A DNA stretch of 64,000 bases, taken from positions 2,304,001 through 2,368,000 of the forward strand of contig CAVUDP010000002.1 in assembly GCA_963740315.1 (NCBI GenBank). The letters are read 5' to 3'. The notes under the pieces are model-generated. The model was not told the DNA's origin. It did no database searches and saw only the letters and a program-made list of their open reading frames with translations. Below are positions 1 to 8,274 of the stretch, piece after piece (the first letter of the stretch is position 1; every line of letters starts with the position of its first letter). Made by a program: the position numbers and the translations under genes. The DNA is from an uncultured cyanobacterium (GTDB lineage: Bacteria; Cyanobacteriota; Cyanobacteriia; Cyanobacteriales; Nostocaceae).

Positions 1-2
1 CA

Positions 3-695
3 TCTATCAATCTATTTGGTGGTATATTCAAATTGGTTGATTCTGCTTCATTTTTGTGGACGTATTATGAAATTTTTGATTCAGAAATTTATAATTTCAA
101 TTCAGAAAGTAGTAATCCTTTAATTATCGATTGTGGAGCTAATATTGGTTTGAGTATTTTATATTTAAAAAAAATATATCCTGAGAGCCGTATAATAGCA
201 TTTGAACCAGATTTAAATATTTTCAAAACTTTAGAAGAAAATATCAAAAATTATAATATTTCTAATGTAGAATTAATTAGAAAAGCCGTTTGGAAGTCGG
301 AAGAATTACTCGAATTCACATCGGAAGGTTCAGATGCAGGAAGATTATCTGATAACCAGGAATCAAACTTAAAAAAATATCAAGTTCCAACAGTTATTCT
401 ACGCAATTATTTAAAACAACCTGTAGACTTTCTAAAAATAGATATTGAAGGTGCTGAGACTGAAGTTTTAAAAGACTGTCAAGAAGAACTTGTAAATGTT
501 AAAAAGATATTTGTTGAGTATCATTCATTTGCCGATAAACCTCAATCATTAAATATTTTAATTGATATTTTAAGCAAGGCAGGTTTTAGAATTTATGTTC
601 AAACATTATGTCAATCTCCGCAACCTTTGCATACTATTGAAGTGTTAAATGGTATGGATATGCAGTTAAACATTTTTGGTTTACGTGAATCCTAA
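3..695 (+). CDS. FkbM-family SAM-dependent methyltransferase (5' truncated by window edge)
   Basis: IIDCGANIG SAM motif, AFEP and LKIDIEGAE motifs; frame is open back to position 3, so the true start lies upstream of the window. Confidence 0.9.
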   Translation, partial: SINLFGGIFKLVDSASFLWTYYEIFDSEIYNFNSESSNPLIIDCGANIGLSILYLKKIYPESRIIAFEPDLNIFKTLEENIKNYNISNVELIRKAVWKSEELLEFTSEGSDAGRLSDNQESNLKKYQVPTVILRNYLKQPVDFLKIDIEGAETEVLKDCQEELVNVKKIFVEYHSFADKPQSLNILIDILSKAGFRIYVQTLCQSPQPLHTIEVLNGMDMQLNIFGLRES

Positions 696-1126
696 CTTAA
701 AAAATAGTCATTTTGTTGATAAAAATTAATTGTAGCCTCAAGGAACGAGTTAACCCATTTGTTTCGATTTTATCTAACTTCACTCATCGTGAAAAGTCCA
801 ATTACCCAAACTGGCGATCGCCCGCAACGCACTCCGCGTTGAATGCCCAGAAAGCAAAAATTAAAATCAGATACTTAGAATTAATAGATGATTCTAGCTA
901 TAAAATCTCTTGTAATTCCTTTAACTCAAACGGGTGGACTTTGTTGCTAACCAAAACAGATAGCAGATGATTAATTTTTTTATGCATATTTTTTGCCTAA
1001 CAACCGCCTAAAATAAATTGTTGCAACCACATTAGTTTTGCGGTGATTCTCGTAATTTAAGAGATTCAAAGCTAAACATAAACATCGGGGTGCAACAAAT
1101 GTTAAAAAAAATCTACAATTAAGGCT

Positions 1127-2695
1127 ATGGCAATTGAAGCTGCGGTGGGTGAAACCGCCGGTATCGAACAAAATCTCAAACAATTTCTCTTAGTACTGTC
1201 CGTATCTCTAAGTGTGGCGACGTTACCGCAAATTTTTAGCTGGTTTCGTCAAATACCTTACACTTTATTGTTAGTAATCGCCGGTTTGGGTTTAGCGTTC
1301 ATTGATGTACGGTTAGTAAATCTTTCCCCCGCATTAATCCTGACGATTTTCCTGCCTCCTTTACTATTTGAAGCGGCATGGAATTTAAAGTGGTCGAATT
1401 TAAAACGAGATTTCTTTCCTATTACTCTTTACGCTGTTGTCGGAGTGCTAATTTCGATTGTTGGCGTAGCACTCGGTTTAAATCAAGTTGCCGGATTGCC
1501 TTTAAGCACGGCTTTACTTATTGGTGCAAGTCTTTCTGCTACCGATCCGGTTTCGGTAACTGCTTTGTTTCGCGAATTGGGGGTTGACAAACGCCTCACC
1601 ACTTTAATGGAAGGGGAAAGTTTGTTCAACGACGGGATGGCAGTTGTTGCTTTTGGTTTCTTGGTTGCACTGCCTTTGGGAACTGCGAAACTGGGAGTAC
1701 AAGATGTTGTCTTAGAGTTAATTAGCGTTATCGGTATCGGTCTTGCAGTTGGTGGTTTAATTGGTTTTGGAATTTCCTATCTAACTCAAAGATTCGATTT
1801 ACCCTTAGTAGAACAATCTTTAACGTTAGTTTCAGCTTACGGTACATACATTATTGCCGAAGAATTTGGCGGTTCTGGTGTAATTGGTGTTGTTACCTGT
1901 GGTTTAATTTTAGGTAATTTTGGTTCCCGAATCGGCATGAATCCGCGTACCAGGGTAATTGTCAGCGAGTTTTGGGAATTTGTGGCTTTCTTCGTCAATT
2001 CAATCGTTTTCTTATTAATTGGCGATCAAATAAGATTTTCCAACCTTGCAGACAACCTGGGAATTATCGGCATCACAATTGCGGGGATGGTGATATCGAG
2101 ATTAGTTTCCGTCTACGCTTTAGGTTTCTTCAGCAATCGTGTAGTTAATTCCGGTATTAGTTTAGCCGAGCAAACAATTCTTTGGTGGGGAGGTTTGCGG
2201 GGTTCGGTTTCTATTGCTCTAGCATTAAGCGTACCGACTATTTTAGGAAACGAAAGAGAAGACATTATTTCTACGGTCTTTGGGGTAGTTTTATTTACTT
2301 TATTAGTACAAGGATTAACTACAAAACCTTTACTAAAACGACTGAATCTTCTTGGCGATCAACCTTTACGTCAGGAATATATGCAGTTCGTAGCGCGTGA
2401 AAATGCTCTACAACGAGTTCTCAAATACTTAGATGAAGTAGACGACGAGCGTCCCGGACTTGATTTAGAATTTTGTCGCTACCAGGAAGCATTAATAAAA
2501 GGAGAACTGAGTAATATCTCAGAAAAAATCAATAAATTACAGATTGAGCATCCCAGCTTAAGAGCATTTGCCAGCGAACAATTGCGGAATGAACTATTAG
2601 CAGTAGAAGCCGATACCTATGCCGAATTTGTGCGTAATGGTCGATTAAATCAAGAACTTGCGCCTTTATTGCAAGACGTTTTGGAAGAAGATTAG
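1127..2695 (+). CDS. nhaP: CPA1-family Na+/H+ antiporter (NhaP/NhaS1-like) with hydrophilic C-terminal tail
   Basis: Many TM segments; LPPLLFEAA, SATDPVSV, EGESLFNDG and GGLRGSV motifs. Confidence 0.92.
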   Translation: MAIEAAVGETAGIEQNLKQFLLVLSVSLSVATLPQIFSWFRQIPYTLLLVIAGLGLAFIDVRLVNLSPALILTIFLPPLLFEAAWNLKWSNLKRDFFPITLYAVVGVLISIVGVALGLNQVAGLPLSTALLIGASLSATDPVSVTALFRELGVDKRLTTLMEGESLFNDGMAVVAFGFLVALPLGTAKLGVQDVVLELISVIGIGLAVGGLIGFGISYLTQRFDLPLVEQSLTLVSAYGTYIIAEEFGGSGVIGVVTCGLILGNFGSRIGMNPRTRVIVSEFWEFVAFFVNSIVFLLIGDQIRFSNLADNLGIIGITIAGMVISRLVSVYALGFFSNRVVNSGISLAEQTILWWGGLRGSVSIALALSVPTILGNEREDIISTVFGVVLFTLLVQGLTTKPLLKRLNLLGDQPLRQEYMQFVARENALQRVLKYLDEVDDERPGLDLEFCRYQEALIKGELSNISEKINKLQIEHPSLRAFASEQLRNELLAVEADTYAEFVRNGRLNQELAPLLQDVLEED

Positions 2696-2715
2696 TTAAT
2701 TTGTGAACTAGTGAA

Positions 2716-2826
2716 CTGGTTCCCAGTAAGACGGCTGGGAACCCCTATGTGAGAGGCTCTGCCTCGTGTAAAATCTGGAGGCAGAGCCTCAATAAATGCA
2801 TTACAAGGTAGAACCTTGTAACGAGA
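2716..2826. repeat. Cluster of GC-rich REP-like hairpins
   Basis: GGTTCCCAG..CTGGGAACC, GAGGCTCTGCCTC..GAGGCAGAGCCTC and TTACAAGG..CCTTGTAA inverted repeats between nhaP and GH31. Confidence 0.75.
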
Positions 2827-2916
2827 TAACGAGAAAAGCTCTTTTAGTTATCTGCAAATCGAGCTATTGTAGATTGCGTATCACTACACAAACCCCAGCA
2901 TTTACCACTTCTCACA

Positions 2917-5277
2917 ATGCCAGAATTCATCGGACAACTGCCCAAACGCGAACCTGCTTGGAATGCAATCTCTTCAGTGCAAAGCTTCCAACGCTACAAC
3001 CAAGAAATACATTTCGATTGCGGTAATAATTCCCGTCTGACTCTAACCATTCTTGCAAATAACTTAATTCGAGTCCGTTTTTCACCCTCTGGGGAGTTGA
3101 CACCGAGACGGAGTTGGGCTGTAAATTTACCGGATGCAGAATGGAATAATGTCAATTTCGATATTCAAGAAACTGATGAACAAATTACCATCGAAACTGA
3201 GAAAATCAAGGTTTGCGTGCAGCGCGATCGTTGTAAGGTAATGTGTTTCGATAAAGCTGGGAATCCTTTCGCTCATGATATAGATTTAGGGATTGGTTAT
3301 CGTAAAGGTGAAATTTCTAGTTGGAAAGAAATAACCGCAGAAGAAAGATTTTACGGTTTTGGCGAGCGATCGGGATTATTAAATCAACGGGGTAAGTGTT
3401 TAACTAATTGGACGACGGATTGTTTGGATTACACGATGCTGACGGATGAGATGTACCAAGCAATTCCGTTTTTTATGTCTTTGCGTCCAAATGTTGGTTA
3501 TGGTTTGTTCTTTAATACAACTTTTTGGAGTCAGTTTGATATCGGTGCGACGCAATTAAATACTCTACAATTAAAAACTCAAGACAGCGAACTCGATTAC
3601 TATATTATTTACGGTCCCGAACCTGCAACAATTCTCGAAACCTATACCCAGCTTACCGGAAGAATGCCGTTACCACCGCGTTGGGCTTTGGGTTATCATC
3701 AATGCCGTTGGAGTTACGACTCGGAAACCGAAGTTAGGGAATTAGTCAAACAGTTGCGCGATCGCCGTATTCCCTGCGATGTGATTCACTTAGATATCGA
3801 TTATATGCAGGGTTTTCGGGTATTTACTTGGAACAAACAGCGGTTTCCCAATCCCAAAAAGTTAATAGAAGAGTTATCGCAACAAGGAATCAAAGTTGTT
3901 AATATTATCGATCCTGGAGTAAAATTCGACCCAGAGGCAGATTACCAAGTCTGCGATCGAGGTTTAGAGAAAGATTATTTCATCCGTAGGGCAGATGGCA
4001 AGGTATTCCACGGTTATGTATGGCCCGACAGAGCGGTTTTTCCGGATTTTATGCGTGCGGATGTACGTGAATGGTGGGGTAATTTACAGCACAATCTTAC
4101 GGATGTGGGTGTGGCTGGTATTTGGAATGATATGAACGAGCCAGCCTTGAACGATCGCCCTTTCGGAGATTTGGAAGGTGTTAAAATTACCTTTCCGATG
4201 GATGCACCTTCCGGTGATGGGGAAGATAAAACTACTTGGAAGGAAACCCATAATTTATACGGGATGAATATGGCGCGTGCTTCCTATGAAGGGTTGCAGA
4301 AATTGCGCTCCGATAAACGTTCTTTTGTATTAACTCGTTCCGGTTTTGCGGGAGTGCAGCGTTATTCTGCGGTTTGGACTGGTGACAATCATTCAAAGTG
4401 GGAATACCTGGAAATGTCCTTACCGATGCTGTGTAATTTGGGATTATCCGGTGTCGCTTTTGTGGGTGCAGATATCGGTGGATTTGCGGGAGATGCATCG
4501 CCAGAATTATTCGCTCGCTGGATGCAGGTAGGAATGTTGTATCCCTTAATGCGTGCCCATTCGATGATTTATACCAAGCGTCACGAACCTTGGGAATTTG
4601 GTCAAGAAGTAGAAGATATTTGTCGCAAATATATTGAGTTACGCTACCAATTATTACCTTACTTCTATACTTTATTTTGGCAAGCAGCAACAAAAGGCGA
4701 ACCAATTTTACGTCCTTTACTTTATCATTATCCTAACGATGTTAAAACCTACGAATTATACGATCAAGTATTAATAGGTGATTCAATAATGGCAGCACCA
4801 ATCTATCGTCCGGGGGTAGAAAATCGCCTGGTATATTTACCCGAAGGTACCTGGTATGACTGGTGGAGTAGAAAATTATTACAAGGTTCGCAACACATCC
4901 TCGTTGATGCACCTTTAGAAAAAATGCCTTTATTTATTCGTGCTGGTGCAATTATTCCTTTGGTTTCAGTAATGCAATATGCAGAAGAATTACCAGTAAA
5001 TGAAATGCGGTTATTAGTTGCACCAGGTAAAGGAGAATTTACGCTATATGAAGACGACGGCAATACATTTGGATATCAAGATGGGATGAATTCTACTACA
5101 CAATATAAAGTGGATTTAGAAGGAGATAAGGTAGAAGTTGAAGTTGGAGAAAGAAAAGGAAAATGGACTCCTATTGAGCGTAAAATCATTGTTGAAGTGA
5201 TAGGTAAAGGTGAACAAGAATTTACAGATGATGGAAAATCAAAGCGGCTTTTTTTCAAAAATAATGTAGAGACGTAG
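2917..5277 (+). CDS. Glycoside hydrolase family 31 alpha-glucosidase
   Basis: Catalytic WNDMNEP and WTGDN motifs, HLDIDYM, HNLYG, GADIGGF. Confidence 0.95.
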   Translation: MPEFIGQLPKREPAWNAISSVQSFQRYNQEIHFDCGNNSRLTLTILANNLIRVRFSPSGELTPRRSWAVNLPDAEWNNVNFDIQETDEQITIETEKIKVCVQRDRCKVMCFDKAGNPFAHDIDLGIGYRKGEISSWKEITAEERFYGFGERSGLLNQRGKCLTNWTTDCLDYTMLTDEMYQAIPFFMSLRPNVGYGLFFNTTFWSQFDIGATQLNTLQLKTQDSELDYYIIYGPEPATILETYTQLTGRMPLPPRWALGYHQCRWSYDSETEVRELVKQLRDRRIPCDVIHLDIDYMQGFRVFTWNKQRFPNPKKLIEELSQQGIKVVNIIDPGVKFDPEADYQVCDRGLEKDYFIRRADGKVFHGYVWPDRAVFPDFMRADVREWWGNLQHNLTDVGVAGIWNDMNEPALNDRPFGDLEGVKITFPMDAPSGDGEDKTTWKETHNLYGMNMARASYEGLQKLRSDKRSFVLTRSGFAGVQRYSAVWTGDNHSKWEYLEMSLPMLCNLGLSGVAFVGADIGGFAGDASPELFARWMQVGMLYPLMRAHSMIYTKRHEPWEFGQEVEDICRKYIELRYQLLPYFYTLFWQAATKGEPILRPLLYHYPNDVKTYELYDQVLIGDSIMAAPIYRPGVENRLVYLPEGTWYDWWSRKLLQGSQHILVDAPLEKMPLFIRAGAIIPLVSVMQYAEELPVNEMRLLVAPGKGEFTLYEDDGNTFGYQDGMNSTTQYKVDLEGDKVEVEVGERKGKWTPIERKIIVEVIGKGEQEFTDDGKSKRLFFKNNVET

Positions 5278-5291
5278 CAGTGCTACGTCTC
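5259..5291. repeat. GTAG-class REP palindrome (TGTAGAGACG family) overlapping the GH31 stop
   Basis: AAATAATGTAGAGACGTAGCAGTGCTACGTCTC; related copies near 8091, 26337, 42857 and 56446. Confidence 0.8.
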
Positions 5292-5296
5292 TTTTC

Positions 5297-5546
5297 GTAG
5301 GTTGGGTTAGACACGTTAGCGTTACTCTAACGAGTCAGCAAGCTGAACACGCGGAGCGTGCGGCGAGCGCGTGTCCGGAGGACATAAATCAATTGAATTT
5401 GTAACGATAATTTTTATTCTCGTGTCATAACCGCAACATCAGAATTATGGATGAATAATAAAATACTAATAAGACAATGTTCGGTTACGGCACAAATATA
5501 AATTATTATTAAAAACATACCTTTTCATGTGCCTAACCCAACCTAC
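5297..5546. mobile_element. Long-loop REP doublet (REPIN/MITE-like), copy 1, carrying nested inserts
   Basis: Terminal inverted repeats GTAGGTTGGGTTAG...CTAACCCAACCTAC; internal sequence alignable by eye to 6418-6599. Confidence 0.8.
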
Positions 5547-5601
5547 ATAATAAATTAAAATAAAGTATCTAACTTGAAATATTCGCGCAGGGTTAATACC
5601 T

Positions 5602-6300
5602 ATGGTACTCACACCAGAAACCCCAACCAATATCATCTACCCGGATAGTGACGGACAACCAATGGCTGATAACACCAAGCAATTCCAATGGATAGTCACT
5701 ATTAAGGAAAATCTGGAAATATTGTTTGCGTCGCAACCCGATCTTTTCGTAGCTGGTGATTTGCTGTGGTATCCTGTATCGGGGGAATTAACCCGTCAAG
5801 CTCCAGATATTTTGGTTGTTTTTGGTAGACCTAAAGGAGATAGAGGTTCCTACAAACAATGGGAAGAGGAAAATATCCCCGTACAAGTAGTTTTTGAAAT
5901 CCTTTCTCCTGCTAATACTCTCAAAGAAATGGCAAAAAAATTAAAATTTTACGAACGCTATGGAGTTGAGGAATATTACATTTACGATCCGGACAAAATC
6001 GATTTGAATGGCTGGTTAAAAATTAAAGAAGCAAAGGAAAATAGGTTAGAAGTGATTGAAGAGATGGACGGTTGGGTGAGTCCTCTTTTAGGTATAAAGT
6101 TTCAATTAACACCTCAAACCTTAGAAATTTATCGTCCTGATGGAGAAAAATTTATGACTTCCGTTGAACTTGCACAACAACGAGAACAAGAGCGTCAGCG
6201 TGCGGATACTGCACTTTCGCAATTAGAAGTAGAAAAACAACGCTATCAGGATTTATTGAAAAAGTTACAGGAAAAAGGTATCGATCCGGAGCAGTTATAA
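5602..6300 (+). CDS. Uma2/DUF820 family PD-(D/E)XK endonuclease-like protein
   Basis: YPDSDGQPMADNT, APDILVVFGR, VFEILSP, YGVEEYYIYDP; coiled-coil tail. Confidence 0.93.
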   Translation: MVLTPETPTNIIYPDSDGQPMADNTKQFQWIVTIKENLEILFASQPDLFVAGDLLWYPVSGELTRQAPDILVVFGRPKGDRGSYKQWEEENIPVQVVFEILSPANTLKEMAKKLKFYERYGVEEYYIYDPDKIDLNGWLKIKEAKENRLEVIEEMDGWVSPLLGIKFQLTPQTLEIYRPDGEKFMTSVELAQQREQERQRADTALSQLEVEKQRYQDLLKKLQEKGIDPEQL

Positions 6301-6417
6301 AGTCATATTTATTCCTAAGAGGATGTTTTCCAAGTATCTGTTGTAACCTCATTACTGCTTTGATCCCCCCTTCCCCCCAAGTCAGCGGGGGGTTTAAATC
6401 CCCCAAATTAGTAGCTA

Positions 6418-6599
6418 GTAGGTTGGGTTAGACACGTTTACCAAATTAAGCTTGTAACAAAAATCTATTTCCCAAGTGTCGTAACCCAACATCATAATTG
6501 TGGATGAATAGTAAAATATTAATAAGACAATGTTGGGTTACGGCACAAATATAAATTATTCATAAAAATATACTTTTTTGTGTGCCTAACCCAACCTAC
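6418..6599. mobile_element. Long-loop REP doublet (REPIN/MITE-like), copy 2
   Basis: GTAGGTTGGGTTAGACAC...GTGTCGTAACCCAAC spacer GTTGGGTTACGGCAC...GTGCCTAACCCAACCTAC. Confidence 0.85.
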
Positions 6600-6604
6600 A
6601 AACT

Positions 6605-6661
6605 CAAATAAACTTAGTAGTTTACAATAAAAAACAGGAGGTAATTGTTCAATGTCTGTAG
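6605..6661 (+). pseudogene. xisH: 3' remnant of xisH
   Basis: Translates QINLVVYNKKQEVIVQCL*, resembling the XisH C-terminus and overlapping the xisI start as in intact xisH-xisI pairs. Confidence 0.6.
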
Positions 6662-6984
6662 AGAATTATCGTCAAATTGTCCAACAATTAATATTAGAAA
6701 AAGCGCAGCGTAAATCATACCCAGAAGAAATCGAGAAGCAAGCTGTTTTAGATACCGAACGCGATCGTTACCTTTTACTACATACGGGCTGGCGCGATAA
6801 TCGTCGGACTCACGGATGTAGTCTTCACATTGATATAAAAGACGGTAAAATTTGGATTCAGCATGATGGAAGCGAAGCCGGAATTGCTACTCAACTATTA
6901 GAATTAGGCGTACCCAAAGAGAATATTGTCTTAGCATTTCATTCTCCTTATATGCGGGAATTTACTGAATTTGCCACACATTAA
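6652..6984 (+). CDS. xisI: XisI family protein
   Basis: HIDIKDGKIWIQHDGSEAGIA and LGVPKENIVLAFHSP motifs; AGGAGG RBS upstream. Confidence 0.93.
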   Translation: MSVENYRQIVQQLILEKAQRKSYPEEIEKQAVLDTERDRYLLLHTGWRDNRRTHGCSLHIDIKDGKIWIQHDGSEAGIATQLLELGVPKENIVLAFHSPYMREFTEFATH

Positions 6985-7053
6985 TCGTGTTTTGTGACTA
7001 AAGCTAATAAATAAAGCACCCTACAAATTGATAATTGATAATTGATAATTGAC

Positions 7054-7704
7054 TTAATTCCCTTTCCCCGTCACTAATGGATCGGTACTAGCTTCCAAAA
7101 CTCTGATGCGATTGTTCAATTGTTCTACAGTTTGCAAGTTAGAACGCTCTAAAGAATAACCAAGCCAAACTACAGTACCACCAAAGACGACGATTAAACT
7201 AACTAAAATACTTGCCAGCATATTTACTTGCGATCGCAAAGATTTTACTTCACGATTCTGGCTTTCCAATTGTACGAAAGAATTTGGTTCAACATATGAA
7301 GTTTGGTATAGATGTTTAGATTCGGGTTCTAATCCTACTTCTATTTCTGCTGCTTGTTTAACTGTAGTTGCAGGTTCAAAAGCTACCTGGGTGCGAAGCC
7401 AATCAACAATTAATTTAGGACAATTGCTTTTATACCATTTCCATGCAATAACTTTGAATGCTGGTTTGGATACCCTAGAAATTAATTTTAAGCTGCCGTT
7501 AAGGGTACGAGAACGAAATCTTTGGTCGATCAGATTTGCTGCACCAACATCATACAGATTATCTACAATCAGTTTAATCGAAGCTTCTTCTCTCTCCGTT
7601 AAATTTTCCAGCAAAAGAAGAACGTCATGCATTCTTTGTTCTTCTATTTTTTTGCGTAATGGGACTTGTGGTAAGTCATCCGATACTTGTATCTTAGTAT
7701 GCAT
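7054..7704 (-). CDS. Hypothetical protein with a C-terminal TM helix flanked by coiled coils
   Basis: 216-aa ORF; hydrophobic LASILVSLIVVFGGTVVWLGY segment. Confidence 0.75.
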   Translation of the reverse strand: MHTKIQVSDDLPQVPLRKKIEEQRMHDVLLLLENLTEREEASIKLIVDNLYDVGAANLIDQRFRSRTLNGSLKLISRVSKPAFKVIAWKWYKSNCPKLIVDWLRTQVAFEPATTVKQAAEIEVGLEPESKHLYQTSYVEPNSFVQLESQNREVKSLRSQVNMLASILVSLIVVFGGTVVWLGYSLERSNLQTVEQLNNRIRVLEASTDPLVTGKGN

Positions 7705-8090
7705 GGTGTTTTAGCTGCTAGCAAATAGCCTTATAGCTGTAATACAAAAATTTTTTCACAAACAAACGCGAGCAATCAAGTTCAATTTTAATAAATTGAG
7801 ATATTTATCTTACAGGTTTAAATATATTAATAAGTTTTCACCGAACTTTTATTTTATTCCTTTTACAATTAATTCTAAAGGGGAAAGTCACAAAAATTAA
7901 GTAAAAATAACTCTTTTAATTTATATCTACCAACTACACATTAGCAGTGCTTAAAAATTGATTTTATTTCTAAGATAATTCTAAAGCCGATAAGCCAATA
8001 AAGGTTAATACCTGTAGGATGATTTTTATACTGTCTCCAGAAATAGTTTGATAACTTATATCGTCTTTTTAGATTTGCGTCTAATAACCT

Positions 8091-8133
8091 AAATAATGTA
8101 GAGACGTTGCACTGCAACGTCTCTACATTATTT
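8091..8133. repeat. Perfect palindromic REP (TGTAGAGACG family)
   Basis: AAATAATGTAGAGACGTTGCA-C-TGCAACGTCTCTACATTATTT. Confidence 0.85.
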
Positions 8134-8274
8134 TAAGTTGTATCGATTAGACGAAATCAAATAAAATATTTGAGAATAAAATCTCTTCTTCACCACCAGC
8201 ATTTTTGTAACTTAAGAAGCTAACTCCGGTGGTGCTAACTCCTAACTCCGGTGGTGCTAACTCCTAACTATTCC

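Noticed and set aside
814..821. Abundant GCGATCGC octamers (e.g. 814, 3758, 25569)
   Set aside because: This is the well-known cyanobacterial HIP1; used only as a lineage and foreignness marker
713..1183. ORFs 713-970 (+) and 980-1183 (-)
   Set aside because: Non-ATG starts, no recognisable motifs, and overlap with the nhaP promoter/start; likely spurious
4232..5258. Antisense and alternate-frame ORFs within GH31 and other long genes
   Set aside because: Shadow ORFs of well-supported coding sequences
6484..6540. ACCCAAC...GTTGGGT resembling integron attC R boxes
   Set aside because: No L-box pairing with extrahelical bases seen and no integron integrase; GTAG termini and doublet symmetry fit REP/REPIN better
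8221..8270. Short regularly spaced repeats suggesting a CRISPR array (also 13381-13450 and 26357-26410)
   Set aside because: Tandem units without unique spacers, too short, and no cas genes
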